Made by a program: the position numbers and the translations under genes
Assembly (NCBI GenBank): GCA_030390025.1
Contig: CM059431.1
Location: forward strand, 135,100,001 to 135,164,000
Length of the DNA stretch: 64,000 nucleotides
Direction: 5' to 3'
Source: Squalus acanthias
Lineage: Eukaryota
The notes under the pieces: generated by a model
What the model was told of the DNA's origin: nothing
What the model saw: only the letters and a program-made list of their open reading frames with translations
Databases searched by the model: none
Part shown: positions 1 through 11,834 of the stretch, one piece after another
How positions within the stretch are numbered: the first letter of the stretch is position 1
Layout: each line of letters begins with the position of its first letter

Positions 1-19
1 AAAGTGGCTCAAAACCAAT

Positions 20-845
20 AAATCCCCATGGGTAGATATTTACCTCAGAATGCTATGAAAGACTAGGGAGGAGTTTTGTGAGGCATTGACAGTCATTAGG
101 CGGGAGTTACTGAACACTGGGAGTAGTTTGGAAACAGGTTACATTTCGAAAGGGTGCTAAAGCATACTGTGGCAATTACAGTACTGTGGAAATAGCTAAG
201 AGTGAAATTAGAAGAGACCTAGGAGTCCTTTTAGACTCAACACTCAAATTGTCCAACCAATGGAGAGCAGCAACGAACAAAGTCAATAGAATGTTGAACT
301 ATGTAGCCAAAATAATAGAATACAAGTCATGGTCAAATTGTGTAGTGCTGTAGTCAGACCGCACCTTGAGTACTGTGACTAGTTGTGATCAACAAGGCAC
401 AAGACATTCAAGCACTGGAGTTAGGGTGGAGAATGATTGATCTCTAATGTCAGAAGTCTAAGTTATGAGAACAGATTGAAGAAACTTGGATTTTTCAGCC
501 ATAAAAGGAGATGTCTAAAAGGTGATCTTATAAAAGTATATATGACACTTAATAATATGGAAACAGTAAATCCAGAAAAAGTTAATTACGAGAGTAATGG
601 GTTACAGCTTCAAACCAGTAAAAGGCACATTTAGAACTGATATCAATGAGTTATTTTGCACATCAGGAATAATTAATTAATGAAATGGACTTTCAGATAG
701 CGTAGTGGAGGTGAAAGCCCTGGAATCATTTAAGAAACAATTAGTTGCTGTCATGGGAGGGGCTTTAGGGTATTTCTGGATGGATGAACTAAAATGGGCT
801 GAATAGCATCCCTCATCCATAATTATCTTGTAATTTTGTGATTAA
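20..845 (+). mobile_element. Highly degenerate 3' fragment of a CR1 LINE
   Basis: ORF 437-634 resembles the CR1 RT C-terminus (LSYENRLKKLGFFS..RCLKGDLIKVY). An RPHLEYC-like segment lies at ~355-378, and a decayed 3' tail (ATGGGCTGAATAGC) at ~795. Confidence 0.8.
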
Positions 846-1469
846 ATTAAAAAGACCCAACGATAGCTCAGCCATCAGTTAAACACCATTTTACTCTTAG
901 CTTCCCCAAATATATCAAAGATTGATGTATTACTAATTACTTTATTTCTCTACTTCTGTATGATCAAGGATAATATGATTGAGAGTGTAACATTATTCAG
1001 TTAATTTCAGAATTGCAGTTACAACCTTAGCTATGTCTAAGTAACATAGTATAACAGTAACTTACATTCAATTTTGAAGATTACAGTGTGTGTTTGACAA
1101 AGTTATCTGATCACAGTTTAAATAGCAATGTTAGTGGTAACAACTGTGTGCTTCCTGTTTAAGTCTCTAATTTGGAAGAAAGTAATATTTGGTCTGATAA
1201 TAAGCATATAACTACGATATCAAATTAGTTCCATTTTCCTCTACTGTGTGTTGGCTTTGGCCTCTGTGATATATCTTGCTTCCTGAGTCCTCAGCAGTCT
1301 TCTTTTTCTAACTTCTCGCGAATACCTCAGGCGTCATACTATATTTATTATGCTTCTCCTAATTGAAGTCATTGAGTACATTATTGGATTACACTATCAT
1401 CATACTATCATACACTATCCTAACAGTGGAACTGTAGTTGAACACACTCTAAATGTTCTGAAACGCATT

Positions 1470-2251
1470 GGCCCGGATTTTGCGATCAGTGATGAAGGGA
1501 CAGCGCTCGCTGCTGACCTCGCTGCCCACAAAGATTTAGCAGGCTCTGTGGCATCAGTCTCCCCTATTACAATGCCAATTTCATTCTGTCACCATCTAAA
1601 GGGGATATCTGACATCCAGGAACAGTGAAGTCATCAAGCAAGCTGAGCAGCTATCAGATTGAAGCATTCTCACAAACAGCAAACCAAGAAGTAAAAAACA
1701 CTTCTAAAAACACTGATTATCATTCACTTTTTAATCATTTTACAAAGAACAAAATAAAGATTGGGACATAACGTGGGATTAAGGTAAAAGCTGAAATATC
1801 ATAAACAAACTTTAAAAAATAAAATGAAAATACATTTTTATTAATTAAAAAATCTATGGAATTTTTATCATGCAATGGAGGGAATGACACTCCATACTTC
1901 TAAAATTAGTTTTTCAGGGCCAGAGAGGTTGCTCAGCAGTAATAATGACTTAGTACGCCATTAAAAACTCAGTTACACCTCATTCAACAAGGCTTAACTT
2001 TTTCAATGATTTTTACAGCAAGAAGAGTGCGTAAGTTGAAGTTCACGTCTAATCACTGATTCTGTGCTGATTGCATCTGAGAAGACTGCAACAGTGCACC
2101 CTGTGGAGGAGCAGGGTATCACTGGCAGCAACTTCCGGATTTCCGTGTTTAAGTGCGCATGTGCAGACGCCAGAAGTTGCTGTGAGTTTTGCACAGTAAT
2201 GACAGCGAACACTGACAGTTTTGCCGACATTACAACTGCAAATTCCAGACC
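1470..2251. mobile_element. Non-autonomous PIF/Harbinger-type element (MITE), 782 bp
   Basis: Imperfect TIRs GGCCCGGATTTTGC / GCAAATTCCAGACC. 3-bp TSD ATT at 1467-1469 and 2252-2254. A related copy lies at ~62810-63494. Confidence 0.75.
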
Positions 2252-2652
2252 ATTACTTCTATCTACATATTTCTGATTCTATCTAGACTTCTGAAAATAT
2301 ATAAAGCAAAAACCTCCCATACAAAAGCAGTAATCAATCATTTCCTATCAAAGCTGAAATTCCAAATAAAACTATACAAACACTTCTGTCCAAATAATGT
2401 TGCAAGATTCTTCATATCTATAATACATTAAAAGTTATTACTTTGCATGTTATTTATAACAAAACAGCCCCCAAACTCAGAATCCCTGTGTTGTCCTAGA
2501 TGTGTGAATGAATCTAATTATTGTTTCAGCATAAATGAGGAGGTATATTAAACTCTGTCAGCAGGTTCTAACAGTCGTTTCTCTGTACCCTACAGAACCA
2601 GTAACCTAATATTAGTTTTGGGTTTCCCTGACAGTCGCATACAAAATTCATA

Positions 2653-3120
2653 GGGGGAAAAATTCAGTTGGTTGCGCCTCCCATTAGCGCCTTAAGAGGG
2701 CGCTAATGGGGCGCAAAGCAACTAGCGTCTGGGCGCAGCAATGTTTGCACCGCTCGCGAACTTAACTAGACATTTTGCGGCGGCGCTAAACACTACCGCC
2801 ACGATCTCCTGCGCCGGCAGATCGTGACGTCAGTCGAGTGCGCAACGCCCCGGTATCGCCCCGGAGCAGATATTGAGTGGCGCCCCCTGCCTTACCGCCT
2901 GACGCTAGCAACGACAGGTTGAGGGGAGCGTTCTGCAGTCATGAAGGGAAAGGGGGAGCGCTATTTAAAGGTGACCGCTTCCTGCCTTTTATTGTTGGTG
3001 CCATTTTTGAACTACGCATTCTGAGAGAGAGAGAGACTTCTGGAGAGATTCAACGTTGTGTGAAGGAGTTTTGGGTACTGAGCAGCACTTTGCAGGTTCA
3101 TTTTGATTTGCCATTCCTTG
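2653..3120 (+). mobile_element. Terminal (transposase-side) region of a Harbinger element, truncated
   Basis: Starts GGGGGAAAAATTCAGTTGGTT, matching the reverse complement of the element end at 21761-21780. Has CpG-rich GGCGCTAA subterminal motifs like those at 43287-43350. Confidence 0.65.
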
Positions 3121-3149
3121 TATCAATTTAGAAAAGACTGTGGGGGCTG

Positions 3150-3780
3150 CACTATGCAGCACAGAATGAGGCCATTCGGCCCATCGTGCCTGTACTGGCT
3201 CTTTGAAAGAGCTATCCGATTAGTCCAACTCCCCTGCTCTTTTCCCATAGTCCTGAAAATTTCTCCTTTTCAAGTATACATCCAATTCCCTTTAGAAAGT
3301 TACTATTGAATCTGCCTCTGTTAATCTTTCCAGTAGTGCATTCCAGATCATAACAACTTGCCCCCCACCCCAGTTCTTTTGCCAATTATCGTTAATCTTG
3401 ACCCTCCTGCCAGAGGAAACAATTTGTCCCTATCTACTTTATCAAAACTCCTGATCATTTTGAACACCTCTATCAGATCTCCCCTAAACCTTTTCTGCTC
3501 TAAGGAGAACAGTCCCAGCTACTCTAGTCTCTCAACATAACTGAAGCCCCTTATTCCTGGTGCCATTCTGGTAAATCTCCTCTGCACCCTTTCCAAGGCT
3601 TTGACATCCTTCCTAAAGTTTGACACTCAGAATTGGACACAATACTGTAGTTGAGTCCTAACCAGTGGTTTATAAAGGTTTTGCATGACTTTCTTGTTTT
3701 TGTGTTCAATGCCCCTATTTACAAAGCCAAGTATCCCATATGTTTTCTTCACCGCCTTAGGAACTTGCCCTGCAAGTTTG
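3150..3780 (-). mobile_element. CR1 LINE 3' fragment
   Basis: Minus ORF 3627-3881 ends with KAVKKTYGILGFVNRGIEHK..LVRTQLQYCVQF. The CR1 3' tail is in reverse at ~3155-3200. Confidence 0.85.
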
Positions 3781-4444
3781 AATGGAGTAGGGGGTGTAGT
3801 TAGTGAGGGATACAAGGAAGTGGTTGGCAATGGCCTTGTCTGGGAGTAGAGGTCACTTGAGATGGAAAGGCTGAGTAACATTTATGTCAAGAAAATACCT
3901 GCATAAAAATGAATATTATTGATTGAATTAGTTAATGGCCTGCATGGATACTTTGGGTTCAGTGATGCACTATAAAAATACACATATCTGATTCCCATCA
4001 CTGTTATATGCCACTTTTCAGAAATGAGTACCCAATGGAAAATAACTAAAACTGTTAAAAATGACAAAAGTGTTCCAGTTTTGCTGAAGAGTTATGGCAT
4101 AAACTGAATGCTGATGGATAAGGACAAAGGCATCAAGGGTATTACGCTTTTCAAAAATATAATTAATGCATGATGAAATTGATGAGCCTCCTGAAGACTG
4201 TCTTGAATAAATACAGGTCACTTATAATGCTAGCTTGATGTTGAAGCTATAGGTTATAATTAAAAAATTATTTTGTTCTAGTTTGAACAGTGGAACAGAG
4301 ATCCCATCCCATACAGGATGCCCAAGATATACCCAACTTATGACTTTGTTCTTGTTAGTTATACAACTCGATCTTCATAGAATATTTTCAATTCACAACC
4401 TATTTTCTTATTGCGGAGGTGATCAGGTTTTTCCAAGTTGATCA

Positions 4445-4800
4445 TTGGATTGTAGTTCAGTGAGGAGGGGACACTGAATGGCACTTTCATCTTGAGGACA
4501 CATGTTTGAATCTAGCCTAGATTGATGGGATGAATGTCTCTTCTTTATCAGCTATAAGAGCCCTTTGTAAAGTATGCAACTTTGATTTAGTAGCTGCAAG
4601 GTCCAAATCTACCCCCTGCTGGAAAGTGAATGCATGTGGATATCAGGGTAGCATTGGGATTGGCTGTGATGCCCCCTGTGGTTAAATACCACTCTGTAGG
4701 TTTGCATGTGAGCAATGGTAACTTGGATAAAGTGCTGAAGGGCTCACGGGATACTCACGGGATGGTACCCATGTCCTATGCCCGTGTCCATTACACCATT
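4445..4800 (+). mobile_element. Old degenerate tRNA-derived SINE
   Basis: B-box-like GTTTGAATCTAGCC at ~4504. The body (GGCTGTGATGCCCCCTGTGGTTAAATA..CAATGGTAACTTGG) is shared with 58270-58600. Confidence 0.45.
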
Positions 4801-4919
4801 ATGAGTCACTGCCTACAGGACAGGAAAATATTGGGGATCAGAAATTCTGGAGAGTGGAGATTTTTAATATTTGCACTGTGTACACCCATCCCTACTCACT
4901 GCACTGGCAGAAACACAAT

Positions 4920-5104
4920 GGGATAGATTGTCAACTTGCCACCTGGACGTAAAACTGGCATCGCACAACAGCCTCTCGCTGTAGAGTCTGCCTCATTTTC
5001 ATTTCCATTGATTTCAACAGAAGGGAAAATCGGGCGTCTTCTCAAATGTGCGGCTGACCCCAGCGCCCGTTTTATGCCCGGGCGGCACATTGAAAATCTA
5101 CCCC
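4920..5104. mobile_element. Short Harbinger-type MITE, 185 bp
   Basis: ~40-bp imperfect TIRs GGGATAGATTGTCAACTTGCCACC / GGCGGCACATTGAAAATCTACCCC. TSD AAT at 4917-4919 and 5105-5107. Confidence 0.8.
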
Positions 5105-5420
5105 AATGGCAGCAGGCCAGAAAAAATTAGTAAAAATAACATATTGACATGGTAGTGTGAAATTTTGTGTCATCTGATTAAAATTGATCTCTAAGTGCCA
5201 TTGTACTCAGTGCTTTCACAAATGCCAAATAAAGTACAAACAATTGCAGCACAATGAAAAGCTTGTCCTCGGTAATAAAATGACTGGACTTTAGTTCTAA
5301 TTTGAATTGCATTTTAATTTACATTTGATATGCTTTCATATGTGTTCCAGTTCAGCCTGCCTGTAGCCAGATAAAAATGGCAGCCAGTAGTCATTTACAC
5401 TTACTGCTGCTGGTGCAGAC

Positions 5421-7043
5421 TGTAGGGGGTGGCGGTTTGTGTCAGCTTCACCTCTGACTTCTGAGCGGTTCGAATCGCTCCCACTCCCTTGGTTCTAGAC
5501 CTTGGACTTATTTAGGGGTTGTGACAAAAGGTGCAGCAGACAACTGAGTTTGGTGAAAAGAACTTCAATCTTTATTCAAAAGGTAAGACACAAATAATAA
5601 CACTCAATACTCTAAAGGTGGGGAACACTTCGGTACAAGCGAGGGAAATGACAGTGGAACAATACTTCACCCCTCCCAACCCCACTTTACTAGCTAAGTT
5701 AGGTTTGAAGGACCAGGGATAATGCTCACCAATCCTTTGACAGTTGGGCTAAATCGCGGTTTTGGGGTTCGCTGTTTATGGCGGTTAGTGTCTGCCGTAC
5801 CCCGTACGCGGTAGAGGACTTCACCTGCATCTCTGGTCAGTCTTCGCGAGTCCGCTGATGCGGTAGGATGTCGTTTTGGATTTATCTGGTGAGTACCCAA
5901 TTTCTTTGGTTTAACAGTAGGGTTTAGAGTCTTTGGGGAATATTTTACCCAGGGGTAAGTCAGGAGTAGATTGTAGAGTGGAAACTTTGCGGTTCTTCGG
6001 GTTTTCTTCCCTTGAGTTGGTCTTTGTTGGTCGCGGTGGCCTGCTATTACCCGGTCAGTTGGGGGTAATATGCGGCTGTTGGTTTCTTGAGGCCTTTGGT
6101 TTCCGCGATGGTTTTAGGCCTTGTCGGTCGACCTCGTGGAGCCGTCGGTGACTTGTTGCTGCTTGTTGCTCCGGGTAACTGTGTTGGGACCGTTGTTGGA
6201 GGTCCGTCGAGGTGGTATCTTCGCGGGCTGGACTCAGGTGTGTCTGAGTGGTGAGCGATGCCGACTTGGTTCCAGCTCGGCTTGTCTTCTTCGTGGTTTC
6301 TTCCGATGACCACTGACCTTGAACTGCTTAACAGGCCTTCAATTATATTGAATTGAAGTGGCCTGATCTACCCGCCAAATCTACTCAGGTCATTGTCTGG
6401 TTTTGGTGGGCTCGTAAATCGGTAATGACTTACTAGCGTGTAAACTGGTTTTTTAACAGGCCTTCAATCTCACCCATTGAACATGGCCTTATCTACCCGC
6501 CAAATCTTGCTCAGTTCATTGTCTGTTTTTGGCGGGCCTGTTACCAGTAACTGCTCTGTAAGTGTCAAATGGGTTTTGGGATGGATTGCATCCTGTTGCT
6601 CTCCTTGGTTGATTACAGTTGATTGGTTTCGTGTTTTGGGTTTCTAGGCTGGACTTGGTCTTTTCTATAGAATGGTCCTGAGTGGGTTTTATTATGCATG
6701 TTTCTGATGGGCCCTGTAATCGGTTTTGATGGGGCCTGTATTTTGGGTGGGACTGCTCTTCCCCTGGGTCTATTGTCAAAATGTTAATGTCTGCTGGGGC
6801 TTGAGTGAGGTCATCCCGGTTCCCCAGGCAGTGCAATTAACTGCATTAACCAAACTGCTTTTACAGAGGTCAAACCCACCTCCTTGTCCCTTGACAGGCC
6901 CAGACATGTTTTAAAATGCCAAAACTTGGCTTTTGGTCTTAAATTCCTTAGGTTAGGCCCAAATGCATTTTTATCACTCTGAGGTAGTTCCAAAGTCCTT
7001 TTTCCTTAGGTTTTGGGGATCTGTAAATTTTGGAAACCTTACA
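5421..7043 (-). mobile_element. Solo LTR (ERV or Gypsy), 1623 bp
   Basis: TGTAGGGG...CCTTACA termini. 4-bp TSD AGAC at 5417-5420 and 7044-7047. Minus-strand AATAAA at 5571-5576. CpG-rich, with an internal direct repeat. Confidence 0.85.
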
Positions 7044-7958
7044 AGACCTCCAGAAAAATGTGGGAACACCACTTCTATACTTCCTGGGGCACTGATGCTA
7101 CCTTAGTTATATTACATCACAGCAACCAAAGTTCTGAATGCCGTGGTGGAAACACTGTAATACAAAGAGGTCATTCACTAATTTTAAATGTCAGCTGTTA
7201 AGACCTTACACAATAAACAACACAAACCAAAACAGTGCACTCAGGGTCATCCTGACTTGAGTGTTGATGACTGAAATGTGACAAGTACACAATATTTATC
7301 CAGTGATCGTGAACTGTCAGCTGATTTTAAATGCTGACACATGTATGAAAGAGCTTTTTCAGCAGAGTCAATAATCCCAAGTGTTTTACAATTTGAGTTC
7401 CATTCCATAAATTACTCGGTGATGTTCTTTTTTTATTTCTCACTCCAATGCAGTAACATCTGGGCCTAGAAATTTGATCGTGTCAGACCCGTTTTGCAAG
7501 CGTAAAATGCATGCCTAAGAGTCCAGTATGGCGTGCGGTGTGGTGCGGTGCGGTGTTCATTCTGCGTCGGAAGTACGTTGCCCCACATATTGGATCAGGC
7601 TCCTCTGTAGGCATCCAGGGAGTGCACCGGAAGTATTACAAAACCTCATTAAACTATTTAATTAAGAGTCCTATGCTTGTTGTAGGACCCTTTTATGAAT
7701 TTTATGAATTTGTTCTGCCCTAGTGGCAAACTCCCCATGCTCAGCAACTCATGGTTAACAGGCAGGAAGGACCTTTCAGCAGTGCTTTTTAAAGGGCTCA
7801 TCCACTCCAAAAAGGTTAGTTGCTGGTTTGGCCTTTTACACTGCTGGTTAACTTCTGGGTGTTTTTTTTTTAGCCGTTTTCTGCCTTCTACAATGAATTT
7901 CTTACTTTTTGCTGGTGCTGGACTGCTTTTCTCTGTTCAAAACAGTTTTACTGCAGTT

Positions 7959-8871
7959 ATGAATGGTCTAGTGGATCTGCCTTTGGGACTGGAGGACAAG
8001 GGAAGCAGCCAAGAAGACAGGAGAGAGCAGCAGATGGGAGAAGAGGAAGGAGAAGGACATTGTGTTGGAGGCCATAGCCACAGTGGGTCTTCAAGAAGCG
8101 CTTCTACCATAACTTCACTGAGGAGCCATGTGTCCGATGCCTTCGCTTCAACAAGGAGGCTATCACGAGCTATGTCATCTGCTGCAGTCAGGACAGTACT
8201 GCCTGTGACTCTAAAAGTCACCATAGCCCTTTACTTTTATGCCACGGGGTCGTTCCAGGCTGCAGCAAGTGATATCAGCGATATCTTCCAGTTTGCGATT
8301 AACTTTTGAATATGGAAGGTGAACGAGGCTCTCTATGCCAGGAGGAACAGTTTTATTACTTTCTCTATGAACAGAGCGAAGCAGGATGAAAGGGCACCAG
8401 GCTACGCCTGCATTGCAGGTTCCCACATTGCAAGCTCCCCATCACCAGCCTGAATAGAAAGGGATTCCACTCCCGCAACGTCCAGCTTGTTTGCGACCAC
8501 TAGCAGCGCATCATGCAGGTCTGTGCCTGATTTCATGGCAGCAGTCATGATTTATTAATCCTGTGCCAGGCTTCTGTTTCACCTTTATGCCAACCAGACA
8601 GTCTGGTCACAGGCTGACTACTAGCGACAAGGCCAACACTTTCGCTGCCTGGACCATTCAGGAGTACTGCAGCCCTGACCGTGTTTTCAGATTTGTGGTT
8701 GTTTGCTGCAGGCTGCATAACTTTGTGATTATGAAGGATGAGACCTTACCATCACCTAGGCAGCAAGAAGTGCAGGAGGAAGAGGAGGAGGAAGAGCTGG
8801 AACAGCATCGACCACCAGCGCCCCGAGCTGACATTGCTGTTAGAGAGCAACTCATCCAAGAGTGCTTCTGA
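7959..8871 (+). pseudogene. HARBI1-like DDE transposase pseudogene (transposon-borne)
   Basis: LPVTLKVTIALYFYATGSFQAAASDI and VFRFVVVCCRLHNF motifs with an acidic tail. Frameshifts and stops are present. Confidence 0.85.
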
Positions 8872-10244
8872 CATCGGTAATGGGGAAAATGCTAGAGTCC
8901 ATTATAAAAGATGTAATAGCAGAGCACTTGGAAAACAGTGACAGGATCGGACAAAGTCAACATGGATTTACAAAAGGTAAATCATGCTTGACTAATCTAC
9001 TGGAATTTTTTGAGGATGTAACTGGTAGAATAGATAAGGGAGAACCAGTAGATGTGGTGTATTTGGACTTTCAGAAGGCTTTCGATAAGGTCCTGCATAA
9101 GAGATTAGCGTGCAAAGTTAAAGCACATGGGATTGGGGGTAAGGTACTGACTTGGATAGAGAACTGGTTGGCAGACAGGAAGCAAAGAGTTGGAATAAAC
9201 GGGTCTTTTTCCGAGTGGCAGGCAGTGACTAGTGGGGTGCTAGGACCCCAGTTATTCACAATATATATTAATGATCTAGACGAGGGAACTAGATGTAATA
9301 TCTCCAAGTTTGCAGACAACACAAAGCTGGGTGGGCGTGTGTGTTGTGAGGAGGATGCAGAGAAACTCCAGTATGATTTGGACAAGTTGGGTGATTGGGC
9401 AGATGCATGGCAGATGCAGTATAATGTGGATAAATGAGAGGTTATCCACTTTGGTGGCAAAAACAGGAAGGCAGATTATTATCTGAATGGCAATAGATTG
9501 GGAAAAGGGGAAGTGCAATGAGACCTGGGTGTCCTTGTGCACCAGTCGTTGAAGGTAAGCATGCAGGTGCAGCAGGCGGTTAAGAAGGCAAATGGTATGT
9601 TGGCCTTCATAGCGAGAGGATTCGAGTACAGGAGCAAGGATGTCTTGCTGCAGTTGTACAGGGCCTTGGTGAGACCACACCTTGAGTATTGTGTGCAGTT
9701 TTGGTCGCTTTATCTGAGGAAGGATGTCCTAGCCATGGAGGGAGTGCAGCGAAGATTCACCAGACTGATACCTGGGATGGCAGGAATGATGTATGAAGAG
9801 AGATTGGGACGATTGGGCTTGTATTCACTAGAGTTTAGAAGAATGAGAGGGGATCTCATTGAAACTTATAAAATTCTAACAGGACTAGACAGACTAGATG
9901 CAGGAAAGATGTTCCCGATGGCGGGGAGTCCAGAACCAGGGGTCACAGTCTAAGGATAAGGGGTAAGCCATTTAGGACTGAGATGAGGAGGAATTTCTTC
10001 ACCCAGAGAATGGTGAACCTGTGGAATTCTCTACCACAGAAGGCAGTTGATGCCAATTCATTAAATATATTCAAGAAGGAGATATATTTCTTAAGGCGAA
10101 AGGGATCAAGGGATATGGGGAGAAAGCAGGGACAGGGTACTGAATTTGGATGATCAGCCATGATCTCATTAAATGGTGGAGCAGGCTCGAGGGGCCGAAT
10201 GGCCGACTCCTGCTCCTATCTTCTATGTATCTATGTTTCTATGC
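8866..10244 (+). mobile_element. 5'-truncated CR1 (HER1-like) LINE
   Basis: RT ORFs 8862-9437 and 9537-9953 (QHGF..SCLTNL..YLDFQKAFD..KFADNTK). 3' tail CTATCTTCTATGTATCTATGTTTCTATG. Confidence 0.95.
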
Positions 10245-10734
10245 TTCATGTGAACCATCCCTCCCATCTCCAATACACCAACAGTCCCACAAACTTTACC
10301 ACCACCGTCCTTACTACCACCATCCAATTGCCTTCCTTTCAGTCCAGCCTTATGGGTTTTGCCCTCACTTCATTACAAATATTAACACCAACACCAAATA
10401 CAGAAAAATAATTAATGCAACAATTTGGGAAGTGGAAGCCTGCTGAGCTTCCATTGAGGACTCTTCAGATGGCCATGGTGAATGACCTCAAGCACGTCTG
10501 GGCCTTAAGGGCACGGCTACAGGCTGCAGCATCTTGGCATGGGCTGGGGCAGTCTGGCCCAACTGGTTGTGTGGCACTAACAAGGGCATTGGCAGAGTGG
10601 GTGGCAGGGCAGCAGGCATACTGCCTTACTGAGAGAGGGTAGCAGGTGCATCTCCAATGGAGTTAAGGCCACTCTCCTGGGATTGTACCTCAGGACTCCG
10701 ACAGCTCTGCGTGAGAACAGAGTGCAGAGACTGA

Positions 10735-11714
10735 TGTGATGTTCCTTTGCTGTTTGTAGTGTACATTAATGATTTAGATGTGAATGTAGGAGGTATGATC
10801 AGTAAGTTCGCAGATGTCACGAAAATTGGTGGAGTGGTAAATAGCGAGGAGGGAAGTCTCAGGCTACAGGACGATATAGACGGGTTGGTCAGATGGGCAG
10901 AACAGTGGCAAATGGAATTTAACCCTGAAAAGTGTGAGGTGATGCATTTTGGGAGGACAAACAAGGCAAGGGAATACACAATGAATGGTAGGATCCTAGG
11001 AAGGACAGAGGATCAAAGGGACCTTGGTGTGCATGTACATAGATCCCTGAAGGCAGCAGGACAGGTAGATAAGGTGGTTAAAAAGGCATATGGGATACTT
11101 GCCTTCATTAGCCGAGGCATAGACTATAAGAGCAGGGAGGTTATGATGGAGCTGTACAAAATGCTAGTTAGGCCACAGCTGGAATACTGTGTGCAATTCT
11201 GGTCACCACACTATAGGAGGGATGTGATTGCATTGGAGAGGGTGCAGAGGAGATTCACCAGGATGTTACCTGGGCTGCAGCGCTTCAGCTATGAAGAGAG
11301 ACTGGACAGGCTGGGGTTGTTTTCCTTAGAGCAGAGAAGGCTGAGGGGGGACCTGATTGAGGTGTACAAAATTATATGGGGCATAGATAGGGTAGATAGA
11401 AATGAACTTTTCCCCTTAGTAGAGGGGTCAATAACCAGGGAGCTTAGTTTCAAGGTAAGGGGCAGGAGGTTTAGAGGAGATTTGAGGAAAAACTTTTTCA
11501 CCCAGAGGGTGGTTGGAATCTGGAACTCACTGCCTGAAAGGGTGGTAGAGGCAGGAACCCTCACAACATTCAAGAAGCATTTAGATGAGCACTTGAAACG
11601 CCATAGCATACAAGGCTTCGGACCAAGTGCTGGAAAATGGGATTAGAATAGACAGGGCTTGATGGCGCAGACACGATGGGCTGAAGGGCCTCTTTCTGTG
11701 CTGTATAACTCTAT
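10735..11714 (+). mobile_element. 5'-truncated CR1 LINE, RT C-terminal part
   Basis: 299-aa ORF 10747-11646 (YINDLD..KFADVTK..RPQLEYCVQFWSP..NFFTQRVV) followed by a CR1 3' tail. Confidence 0.95.
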
Positions 11715-11830
11715 GGGCTGGATTTTGATACTGGGGCGGGTTGGGGCTGTGTTATCCGAATTCCGTGTTATCCACACGACTCTCATGAGATGTGTGTAAC
11801 AAACGCGATTTTCCCCTGATTGGGCAATTG
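11715..11830. mobile_element. Harbinger-type terminal fragment
   Basis: Starts GGGCTGGATTTT, identical to the terminus at 55202-55213. Confidence 0.5.
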
Positions 11831-11834
11831 TTTA

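Larger units (their letters stand above)
7462..10740 (+). mobile_element. Degenerate Harbinger transposon interrupted by a CR1; right end missing
   Basis: Left TIR GGGCCTAGAAATT, the same as at 35383. Transposase remnants at 7959-8871. The sequence resumes after the CR1 at ~10245. Confidence 0.75.

Noticed and set aside
1350..1628. 92-aa ORF
   Set aside because: It crosses a MITE boundary at 1470 and has no recognisable domain.
9071..9680. Antisense ORFs over CR1 RT (also 12770-13267, 28302-28706 and others)
   Set aside because: They are shadow frames of RT coding sequence.
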